Part shown: piece by piece, positions 32,632 through 40,034 of the stretch
Numbering within the stretch: the stretch's first letter is position 1
How the letters are laid out: every line of letters starts with the position of its first letter
Source of the DNA: Candidatus Parcubacteria bacterium
GTDB lineage: Bacteria > Patescibacteriota > Minisyncoccia > Phycocordibacterales > Phycocordibacteraceae
Length of the DNA: 54,015 nucleotides
Direction: 5' to 3'
NCBI GenBank assembly: GCA_034666125.1
Contig: JAXDML010000006.1
Location: 1-54,015 of the forward strand
Program-made: the position numbers and the translations under genes
The notes under the pieces: generated by a model
What the model was told of the DNA's origin: nothing
Database searches by the model: none
The model's input: the letters and a program-made list of their open reading frames with translations, nothing else

Positions 32632-32705
32632 AGGGTCATGTTAAATGGAACCAGGCCGTTAGTCGATAGGATGCACGAGGCCGCAGCTAAAGGTATCCTG
32701 GACGT

Positions 32706-32960
32706 ATGGAAATCTCCATTCGCGACATACTGGCGAGGCGCCCGAACCCGGGACTACGCGAGGCGCATATACGGCACATGGTCGCGGAAGCGATCACGGA
32801 ACTCACGGGCGTAACGGTCGCGCCGAGCCAGGTGAAGCACGATGAAGGGGTCTTCGTGCTGCAGGTGCCTCCGGTGCTCAAGTCCGCGCTGCTTTTGCGG
32901 ATGGAAGAACTGAAAAGCCGTCTTAAGGAAGACGGCATCGAAGTCGCTGAGATGCGCTAG
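32706..32960 (+). CDS. Small DUF721/DciA-like protein (84 aa)
   Basis: HDEGVFVLQVPPVLKSALLLRMEELKSRL resembles the DUF721 beta-strand/helix pattern. Assignment is tentative. Confidence 0.4.
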   Translation: MEISIRDILARRPNPGLREAHIRHMVAEAITELTGVTVAPSQVKHDEGVFVLQVPPVLKSALLLRMEELKSRLKEDGIEVAEMR

Positions 32961-32963
32961 CTT

Positions 32964-35147
32964 TTAGTTGTTGTCCCGGTCCCGGTCGTTCTCGTCCGAG
33001 TCGTCCCCATCGTCAGGCTCTTCAGGAGTCGTTGTCGCCGTCGTGCTGGCGGTCTGCTGCATCATTCCCGTGAACCAGCCGCCGAGGGAGTATTCCCAGT
33101 ACGGATACTGCCCGTCGCCCTGCGAAGTCCCGCCGCCGCGCGGGTTGTCCTTGCTTACCCAGTGGAGGATGTCATGGACGCCTGAAGCTCCCGCGTAGAG
33201 GCCGCGGAGGGCTCCGGGAACGTCGGCCGGTATCTCCGGAGGCGCGTTGAAGAACTCCTTCGGGTACTTGCCGATGGCGTACCGCATCACCTCGTTCCAC
33301 ATCGGCGCCACGATGTAGCCGGCGATCTCCTTCACCATGGGGGAGTTGTCGTTGTTGCCGGCCCAGACGCCGACAGCGATAGAGGGACTGTAGCCCACGG
33401 TCCACGCGTCGCGCGACTCGTCGGTCGTACCGGTCTTGGCGGCCACGTCGTACCCCGGGAAGTTAAAGGGGTTGTCGGGCGGGTACTCGGGCTGCCGCGC
33501 CTCGTTGTTCGAGAGCATCGAGCTTATCTCCCGCGCAATCTCGGGGTCGATGGCGCGTGTCGGCTCAGGTTCGAATTCGTCGACGGTCTTTCCTGCGGCA
33601 TCCGTGACCTTGATGATGCCGTACGCCTTGTTCACCATGCCCTCGTTGGCGAAGCCCGCGTACGCGCTCGTGAGGTCGAGCAGTCGCACTTCGGCGGCGC
33701 CGAGAGCGAGAGAGAGGCCGTAGTCTTTCGGTTCGCCGAGGCTGGTGAGCCCCATCGCCTTCGCGAGCGAAAGCACGTTCGGTATACCGGCGAGGTACAG
33801 GGTCTTCACCGCAGGGATGTTGATGGATTGCGCGAGCGCCGTCGTGAAGGTCATGGGACCCCGGAACTTGTTGTCGTAATTTCCGGGCGCGTAGCAGGGA
33901 GGCTCGCCGTTGCCGGTGTCCGCAGGAGAGCAGATGGTCGAGAACTGGGTCGGCAGGTCGAATATCGCCGTCTCGCGCGTGAAGCCCTTCTGCACGGCCG
34001 CTGCGTATACGAAGGGCTTAAAGGAGGAGCCGGGCTGCCGGAGCGCGAGCGCGGCGTTGTAGTTGCCGTCGATCTGCTTGTCGAAATAATCGCGCGAGCC
34101 GACCATGGCGAGGATCTGCCCGGTCTTCGGGTCGATGGCGACCAGGGCGGCGTTGCTCGCATTGAACTTGCTCGCGTTCGCGAGCGCGTACCGGTTCACG
34201 ATGGTGTCGGCCTCGCTCTGGAGGTCCGCATCGAGAGTCGTGATGACGGCGTATCCCTGGTTGCCGACCTCGGGACCGTAGAGTTCCTCGAGCTGCTGTT
34301 CGATATAGAAGACGAAGTGCGGGGCGATGATGGAGTTGTTCTGTTGGCGGCTGAACGTGACCTTCTCCTTCTTGGCCGAGTCGTGCTGCTCCTGCGTGAT
34401 GTACCCGAGCTTGAGCATGCGCCCGAGCACGATGTCCTTGCGCTCGTCGAGGGCCTCGCGGTTGTTGCCGTACGGGGAGTAGTAAGTAGGGCGCTGGGGG
34501 ATGGCGGCCAGGTATGCTGCCTCGGCGAGCGAGACGTCCTTCGCGCTCTTGCCGAAGAATGCGAGACTCGCGGATTCGGCTCCGTAGATGGTGCCGCCGA
34601 ACGGCGCCACGTTGAAATAGAACTCCAGGATCTCGTCCTTGGTGTACTTGCCTTCGAAGCGTATGGCGAGTATCCATTCCTGCACCTTGCGCACGACGCT
34701 TTTCTTTCCCGTAAGGATCGTGTTCTTCACGACCTGCTGGGTGATGGTGGAACCGCCCTGCGCGAAGGACATGCTCGTAATGTCGGTAAGGAGCGCCCGC
34801 GCGATGCCCGTGAAGCTCACGCCGCCGTGCGAATAGAATCCGGAGTCCTCGATGGCGAGCGTCGCCTTCTGGAGGGTGTCGGGAACGTCGGCAAGGGGCA
34901 CGACCGTCCGGCGCATGTCGCGGTTCAGGTCGTACAGGACAGTCTTCCCGGTGCGGTCGTAGATCTTGGTCGACATCGCGATCTTATCCGAGTCGAAGGT
35001 ATTGAGCGCGGGAATGGGCGTGAAGGCGACCCAGAGGATGCTCCCGCCGAGGAAGACGAGCCCGATGCCCACGACGACGAACCCGGCCCGGACGAGCGGA
35101 TGCGGGTTATGGAGGAGCGCATCAATGCCGCGACGGTCCTTTTTCAT
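32964..35147 (-). CDS. Bifunctional class A penicillin-binding protein (glycosyltransferase/transpeptidase)
   Basis: GT51 motifs EDSGFYSHGGV and GGSTITQQ. Transpeptidase motifs SSFKP and KTGTT. N-terminal TM and an acidic C-tail. Confidence 0.93.
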   Translation of the reverse strand: MKKDRRGIDALLHNPHPLVRAGFVVVGIGLVFLGGSILWVAFTPIPALNTFDSDKIAMSTKIYDRTGKTVLYDLNRDMRRTVVPLADVPDTLQKATLAIEDSGFYSHGGVSFTGIARALLTDITSMSFAQGGSTITQQVVKNTILTGKKSVVRKVQEWILAIRFEGKYTKDEILEFYFNVAPFGGTIYGAESASLAFFGKSAKDVSLAEAAYLAAIPQRPTYYSPYGNNREALDERKDIVLGRMLKLGYITQEQHDSAKKEKVTFSRQQNNSIIAPHFVFYIEQQLEELYGPEVGNQGYAVITTLDADLQSEADTIVNRYALANASKFNASNAALVAIDPKTGQILAMVGSRDYFDKQIDGNYNAALALRQPGSSFKPFVYAAAVQKGFTRETAIFDLPTQFSTICSPADTGNGEPPCYAPGNYDNKFRGPMTFTTALAQSINIPAVKTLYLAGIPNVLSLAKAMGLTSLGEPKDYGLSLALGAAEVRLLDLTSAYAGFANEGMVNKAYGIIKVTDAAGKTVDEFEPEPTRAIDPEIAREISSMLSNNEARQPEYPPDNPFNFPGYDVAAKTGTTDESRDAWTVGYSPSIAVGVWAGNNDNSPMVKEIAGYIVAPMWNEVMRYAIGKYPKEFFNAPPEIPADVPGALRGLYAGASGVHDILHWVSKDNPRGGGTSQGDGQYPYWEYSLGGWFTGMMQQTASTTATTTPEEPDDGDDSDENDRDRDNN

Positions 35148-35165
35148 GGAGGTATCGTAGCACGA

Positions 35166-35186
35166 ACGGCTCCTCTAAGGAGCCGT
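35166..35186 (-). terminator. Hairpin between the small acidic ORF and the PBP gene
   Basis: 8-bp stem ACGGCTCC/GGAGCCGT with a 5-nt loop and a poor T-run. Confidence 0.3.
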
Positions 35187-35209
35187 TTGCGAGCCCGAAC
35201 CGGCCTGGG

Positions 35210-35374
35210 TCAGATAACTTCCTCCTCCTCGAGCTCGTCTTCCGGAAGGTCCTCTTCTATCGGGAGCCCGGTATCGGGATCAAAGGCGTGGAATCCGTCG
35301 GGAATTTTCTTGTCATCCTCATCGAGCAGCCCTTTGTCTATGTCGAGAACCTCGTCCTCATCATCGTATGCCAT
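35210..35374 (-). CDS. 54-aa highly acidic small protein (MAYDDEDEVLDIDKGLL...)
   Basis: The longer ORF-track version would overlap ruvC. The internal ATG at 35374 leaves a 54-aa Asp/Glu-rich ORF with no clear RBS. Confidence 0.3.
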   Translation of the reverse strand: MAYDDEDEVLDIDKGLLDEDDKKIPDGFHAFDPDTGLPIEEDLPEDELEEEEVI

Positions 35375-35477
35375 ACGCTTAAATACATTCTTTAGGTTAT
35401 GCCCCGCAAACGAAGCCCTACTATTTGAACAAAACGCGCCCGGTTTGCAAGCGGAGCTGCACGCTCTTGTGGATATC

Positions 35478-35954
35478 CTATCGTCCCTGAAGACCGGATG
35501 AGAGGCCGGCGATGGCGACCGCAATAGCGTCCAGCTCGTCGTCAAGGCGCTTCTTGGGCGGGAGCGTGAGGAGGTGCGGGATCATCCGCGCAATGGCGGC
35601 CTTGTCGGCCGACCCGTGCCCGGTGACGGCGAGCTTCACCGTTCCCGGGGAGAATTCGCGCACGGGAATCTCCGCGTTTCCGGCTGCGGCGAGAATGGCA
35701 CCCCGAGCCTCGGCCACCGCAAACGCCGTCTTCTTGTTCGTACTGAAAAAGAGTGTCTCGAGCGCAAGGAGATCGGGCGCGTATTCCTGCAGCACGCGTT
35801 CGGTCTCTTTATATACCGCTGCAAGGCGAGCCTGCGGCTCACCCTTCTCCGGAAGCAGACACTCGCTCCACACCAGACTCGGGCGGCTCGGGTCTCCCTC
35901 GAGCACCGCCATGCCGAGGCGGTCGAATCCGGGGTCGATGCCGAGTACTCGCAT
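35478..35954 (-). CDS. ruvC: Holliday junction resolvase RuvC
   Basis: MRVLGIDPGFDRLG, ETLFFSTN and C-terminal DDELDAIAVAI. Confidence 0.92.
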   Translation of the reverse strand: MRVLGIDPGFDRLGMAVLEGDPSRPSLVWSECLLPEKGEPQARLAAVYKETERVLQEYAPDLLALETLFFSTNKKTAFAVAEARGAILAAAGNAEIPVREFSPGTVKLAVTGHGSADKAAIARMIPHLLTLPPKKRLDDELDAIAVAIAGLSSGLQGR

Positions 35955-35955
35955 G

Positions 35956-36516
35956 CTAGTCCTCGCTCGTGGTCTCGAAGCCGCGCGCGTTCGTCACCAC
36001 CACCTGCACGTCGTCGTGCTCGTCGAAAAGTTCCAGAAGCTGCCCAACTTTCTCTTCGTCGCCTCCCATCACGTCCGTCAGCGGTTCGTTCGGCGTGAGG
36101 GAACCGTCGCCACCTTTATTGAATGCCCACTGCGCGCTGCCCGGCGTGCCGAGTTCGAAGCCGTTCTTCGTGAGGATGTGCTTGATCTCCTGCGTCGTGC
36201 GGTTCTTGTTATCCGTGAGCGCGCTCACGATGATCGCCACGCCTGCGGGCCCGTAGAATTCGTAGGAGACATGTTCGAGGTCGGCGGCTTCCTTGGAATT
36301 GCCCTTCGTGACCGCGCGCTCGATGTTGTCCTTCGGCATGTTCGCGGCCTTCGCGCGCGCGATGACTGCCAGCAATCCCGGTGCAGAGGTGTTTCCCGCG
36401 GCTCTCTTCGCCTCGATGGTGATGAGCCGTGCGAACTTCGAGAATACGCGGCTGCGCGCGGCATCCGTCACGCCCTTCTGTCGCTTTATCGACGACCATT
36501 TGCTGTGCCCTGACAT
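35956..36516 (-). CDS. yebC: YebC/PmpR-family protein, shortened (186 aa)
   Basis: MSGHSKWSSIKRQKG, ARAKAANMPKDNIERA, YEFYGPAGVAIIV, TDNKNRT. About 60 aa shorter than typical members. Confidence 0.85.
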   Translation of the reverse strand: MSGHSKWSSIKRQKGVTDAARSRVFSKFARLITIEAKRAAGNTSAPGLLAVIARAKAANMPKDNIERAVTKGNSKEAADLEHVSYEFYGPAGVAIIVSALTDNKNRTTQEIKHILTKNGFELGTPGSAQWAFNKGGDGSLTPNEPLTDVMGGDEEKVGQLLELFDEHDDVQVVVTNARGFETTSED

Positions 36517-36592
36517 GAGGGAAGTATATCAAATACAGTATTCCGTACGGTTCGAAACCTGGTCTGCCAGCATTTCTGATAGTCTGTATGGT

Positions 36593-37096
36593 ATGAAGAA
36601 TCTAAGGGTAATTAGAGACAGTGACATTGGGTCGAATAGTCCAGAAGCAAAACTCTACCGAGAACGAAGGGCCGCCCGAGCACTCGTTTTTGATCGCGAA
36701 GGGAATATCGCTCTTCTCCACGCCACCAATAAGAGTTACCACAAACTACCTGGCGGAGGCATAGAAACGGAAGAAGATGTTGTTCAAGCGCTTAAACGAG
36801 AGTGCCTTGAAGAGATTGGTTGCAACATAGAAAATATAAAAGAACTTGGACTTATTGAAGAGTTTCGGAATGATTTCAATCTACATCAAATTTCGTATTG
36901 CTATACCGCAGATCTTGATGGAGAAAAGGGACAGAATCAACTTGAGGAAGACGAAGTAGCTGATGGTTTTGAACCGGTATGGATGAATCCCGACGAAGCC
37001 ATTAAAACTCTAGAGAGCGAGCGGACTTCAATTGAGAACTACGAGGGAAAGTTTATATGTCTGCGTGACCTGACGTTCCTTAAGGAGTTTGCCTGA
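36593..37096 (+). CDS. NUDIX hydrolase
   Basis: Nudix box GGGIETEEDVVQALKRECLEEIGC. Start MKNLRVI at 36593. AT-rich gene. Confidence 0.8.
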   Translation: MKNLRVIRDSDIGSNSPEAKLYRERRAARALVFDREGNIALLHATNKSYHKLPGGGIETEEDVVQALKRECLEEIGCNIENIKELGLIEEFRNDFNLHQISYCYTADLDGEKGQNQLEEDEVADGFEPVWMNPDEAIKTLESERTSIENYEGKFICLRDLTFLKEFA

Positions 37097-37132
37097 ATGG
37101 AGTCAGCAGTACGTGCGTGCTAGCCTGAGCTC

Positions 37133-37759
37133 ATGAAGACGGTGTACTTCGTGCGGCACGGCCAGAGCAAGGCGAACGCGAGCCTGATTCGACAGCAGAC
37201 CGAGCATACGGAACTAAGCACGTACGGTATCGGGCAGGCCAAGGAAATGGCGCGTCACCTGAAGAAACTGCCGCTCGAGGCGATCGTCTCAAGCACGTAC
37301 GCGCGCGCGAAGGCGACGGCCGCTGAAGTGGGCCGGGAAAACGGCCTCCTGGTCGAATATTCGGAGCTTTTCGTGGAACGGAGACGCCCAGGCGCGCAGC
37401 TTCGCCGTCCCAAGCCTCACCCGCACTGGCTGTGGGTGCAGCTACAGCTCGCGCTCTTCGTAAGGCGCACCGGATACCGGCACTCGGACGAGGAAACCGT
37501 CGAGGAGTTGCTCGCGCGGGCGCACGCGGCACTCGATTATCTCGCTCATCGCCCGGAGTCGAACATCGCCGTCGTCACGCACGCCACGTTCATGCGCGCG
37601 CTCCACGCATCGATGCTATACGGCGAAGGGGTGACTGGCCGGCTATACCTGCGTGCTACTCGATTCATGCACATGCGGAACACGGCGCTCATGATCGCGA
37701 CCCATGACGGAACTGCATGGGAAGGGAGGGCTTGGAATGCGGACGCGCGGGAGCTGTAG
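37133..37759 (+). CDS. Histidine phosphatase (phosphoglycerate-mutase-like) family protein
   Basis: VYFVRHGQSKAN (RHG motif) and VVTHATFMRA. Confidence 0.8.
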   Translation: MKTVYFVRHGQSKANASLIRQQTEHTELSTYGIGQAKEMARHLKKLPLEAIVSSTYARAKATAAEVGRENGLLVEYSELFVERRRPGAQLRRPKPHPHWLWVQLQLALFVRRTGYRHSDEETVEELLARAHAALDYLAHRPESNIAVVTHATFMRALHASMLYGEGVTGRLYLRATRFMHMRNTALMIATHDGTAWEGRAWNADAREL

Positions 37760-37806
37760 TGTTTTGTATAAATAGGTTCACAGCGCGGAACTGATAGTAT
37801 GTACGC

Positions 37807-38007
37807 ATGAATGAGGACCCACAGAGTCCGGGGAAAAGTCTGCGGACGTGGATTCTCTATGGAGTGATCGGAATTATCGCGCTCCTCTTCCTGAGCTTTT
37901 TCATAGAGTCGTGCGATGCGGAGAAGATACGCATCTGCGACGATGCGACCGGCGAGTGCACCCTTGAGAGCTCGTGCCGGCCGCTCTTGTTCGACTTCTT
38001 TAGATAA
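37807..38007 (+). CDS. Small single-pass membrane protein with a Cys-rich tail (66 aa)
   Basis: TM WILYGVIGIIALLFLSFFI followed by 4 Cys. Abuts the next gene. Confidence 0.35.
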   Translation: MNEDPQSPGKSLRTWILYGVIGIIALLFLSFFIESCDAEKIRICDDATGECTLESSCRPLLFDFFR

Positions 38008-38009
38008 CC

Positions 38010-38672
38010 ATGACTTTTGCCTACATGGGCCCGAAAGCAGCCATTGTCACATTAGTCCTTCTCCTGTTCGTCGTTGGCGTAGCGGCGTATTTCTTTACCC
38101 AAAGCGATCCTACAGATACGGAAACCAAGGTCCCTACGACCTCTTTCGAGGAGTGCCAGGCAGCCGGGTACCCGATTATGGAGACCTATCCCGAACAATG
38201 CCGCACCCCAGAAGGCAAAACGTTCGTGCGCGACATCGCGGAGGAATCTGAAGAAAGGAGAGGTCAGAGAACGGCATGCACTGCTGACGCAATGCAGTGC
38301 CCTGACGGATCATACGTAGGGCGAACGGGCCCGAACTGCCAGTTCATCTGCCCCTCGATAGGAGGCGGCATTGAGGGAACCGTCCTTTCGGGACCCCAGT
38401 GCCCGGTGCTTCGTAACCCACCCGAGCCTGGCTGCGACGACAAGCCGTACCAAGGGAGCTTCGCACTCACCACTCCTGACGGGAATCGCGTCATCAAGAC
38501 ATTCAGCTCTGATACGCATGGCAGGTTCCGCGTCTCCGCGGCCCCGGGGACGTATCGTATCCGCGGTTCGGACGCGGCAGAAGTATTCCCGAACTGCAGC
38601 AGCGAAATCATCACGGTACGCGCGGGAGCATATACGGAAGCCGACGTGTCCTGCGACACCGGCATCAGGTAA
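38010..38672 (+). CDS. Membrane-anchored Cys-containing extracytoplasmic protein, unknown function
   Basis: TM AAIVTLVLLLFVVGVAAYFF. Cys pairs. C-terminal beta-rich module ...GRFRVSAAPGTYRIRG...DVSCDTGIR. Confidence 0.5.
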   Translation: MTFAYMGPKAAIVTLVLLLFVVGVAAYFFTQSDPTDTETKVPTTSFEECQAAGYPIMETYPEQCRTPEGKTFVRDIAEESEERRGQRTACTADAMQCPDGSYVGRTGPNCQFICPSIGGGIEGTVLSGPQCPVLRNPPEPGCDDKPYQGSFALTTPDGNRVIKTFSSDTHGRFRVSAAPGTYRIRGSDAAEVFPNCSSEIITVRAGAYTEADVSCDTGIR

Positions 38673-38675
38673 AAG

Positions 38676-39680
38676 CTAAGAGCGCAGATAGGAAGCTCCT
38701 TTGTCGGTCAGTATGCGCCCGCGCGGGGAGCGTTCGACGAAGCCGAGACGCAGGAGATAGGGTTCATAGAGGTTCTCGACGGTGTCCGGGTCCTCGTGGA
38801 GATGGCTTGCGAGAGCACGCAGTCCCGCAGGGCCTCCCTTGAAGGAATCACGGAGCGTCTCTAGATAGCGGCGGTCGTCCTTCGTGAGTCCCAGGCTGTC
38901 TATGCCGAAAAGCTTGCAGGCCTCGTCGCACACCTCGGGCGAGAGCTTCTTCTCGTGCACCTGCGCGAAGTCGCGCACGCGCTTCAGGAGGGAATTCGCC
39001 ACGCGAGGGGTCGCGCGGCTGCGCGAGGCGATCTGATTGACCACGTCCGTCCCTGCCGGAACGGAAAGGACGCGCGCAGAGCGCGCGATGATGGAGCGGA
39101 GGTCGTCGTCGGTATAGAAATCGAGCTGATACACGCCACCGCCGAAGCGGGAACGCAGCGGACCGGAAAGCTGCGCGACGCGCGTCGTCGCTCCCACGAG
39201 CGTGAACGACGGAAGAGAAAGTTCCACCGTGCGCGCGGACGGTCCCTTTCCGAGCACGATGTCGAGCGTGCCGTTCTCGAGCGCGGGATAGAGCAGTTCC
39301 TCGATCTTGCTTGAGAGCTGATGGATCTCGTCGATGAAGAGTACGGTACCCGGCTCGAGGTTTGTGAGAATGGCGGCAAGGTCGCCGGCACGCTCAATGG
39401 CGACGCCGGACGTACTCTTGAAAGGCGCATCGAGGGACTTGGCGATGAGATGCGCGAGGGTCGTCTTGCCGACGCCGGGCGGACCATAGAACAGGAGGTG
39501 CTCCGGCATATCGCCCCGCTTCTTCGCGGCCTCGAGCACGATCTGTACGTTCGCTTTCACGTGGCCCTGGCCGACATAGTCGTCCCAGGCGGAGGGACGC
39601 AGCGTGCTATCGAGAGCCTGGTCGCGGATCTTCAATGGTGAGGCCGTGGTTTCGGTGTCTTCCTGGGGGGTACTTGACAT
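38676..39680 (-). CDS. ruvB: Holliday junction branch migration ATPase RuvB
   Basis: LRPSAWDDYVGQ, Walker A GPPGVGKTTLA, Walker B LFIDEIHQL and a winged-helix C-terminus. Confidence 0.96.
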   Translation of the reverse strand: MSSTPQEDTETTASPLKIRDQALDSTLRPSAWDDYVGQGHVKANVQIVLEAAKKRGDMPEHLLFYGPPGVGKTTLAHLIAKSLDAPFKSTSGVAIERAGDLAAILTNLEPGTVLFIDEIHQLSSKIEELLYPALENGTLDIVLGKGPSARTVELSLPSFTLVGATTRVAQLSGPLRSRFGGGVYQLDFYTDDDLRSIIARSARVLSVPAGTDVVNQIASRSRATPRVANSLLKRVRDFAQVHEKKLSPEVCDEACKLFGIDSLGLTKDDRRYLETLRDSFKGGPAGLRALASHLHEDPDTVENLYEPYLLRLGFVERSPRGRILTDKGASYLRS

Positions 39681-39697
39681 AAAAATCGGTTGTGCTA

Positions 39698-39706
39698 GGA
39701 TTATAT
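39698..39706 (-). promoter_or_regulatory. Extended -10 promoter element for ruvB (TGATATAAT)
   Basis: Minus strand reads ...CATGTGATATAATCCTAGCACAACCGATTTTTATG, i.e. TGnTATAAT, ending 20 nt upstream of the ruvB ATG. Confidence 0.55.
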
Positions 39707-39708
39707 CA

Positions 39709-39970
39709 CATGAGGAAACGGCCTCGTGGGATCTTTTCTCGCGGGGCTTTTCCGTTATCTAGCTCCATACAATCGTGCATACCACCCTCTAGGCAAGGCT
39801 TGACGGCTTAAGGGCGTTTCCCCAAGGACTTTCTGGTTCCACTCTTAGCAAGTGGCGCGCTGGGAATATCCTCAGGCGATTCGTTCTGCCTGCTTATTTA
39901 TAAGGAGGATGTGCCTGGAGGGTAGTGCGCGCGATAAGAAAAACCGCATCAGCAATGATGCGGTTTTTCT
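39709..39970 (+). ncRNA. Candidate structured small RNA (~260 nt), family unknown
   Basis: Plus-strand TTGACA (39674-39679), 16 nt, TAGGAT. Hairpin 39717-39756 has G-U pairs that work only on the plus strand. A 12-nt long-range pairing joins 39782-39793 to 39914-39925. Ends in the 39939-39970 terminator. No credible ORF. Confidence 0.3.
39939..39970. terminator. Bidirectional Rho-independent terminator (pilB 3' end and candidate RNA 3' end)
   Basis: AAAAACCGCATCA-GCAA-TGATGCGGTTTTT: a 9-13 bp stem flanked by an A-run and a T-run. Confidence 0.75.
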
Positions 39971-40034
39971 TAATGTTTCTCACACAAGTCTCTAACCCCT
40001 TTTCATATGCTCATGTATACGCGAGTAATGATTG

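Noticed and set aside
36517-36592. GGTTCGAAACC T-loop-like motif suggesting a tRNA in the yebC-NUDIX spacer
   Set aside because: No acceptor-stem complementarity, D-arm or anticodon arm can be drawn around it.
39908-39994. 28-codon ORF (MCLEGSARDKKNRISNDAVFLNVSHTSL) after TAAGGAGG, and the 154-aa ORF at 39925-40389
   Set aside because: The SD directly abuts the ATG with zero spacer. The ORF runs through the intrinsic terminator hairpin. The 154-aa ORF is antisense to pilB.
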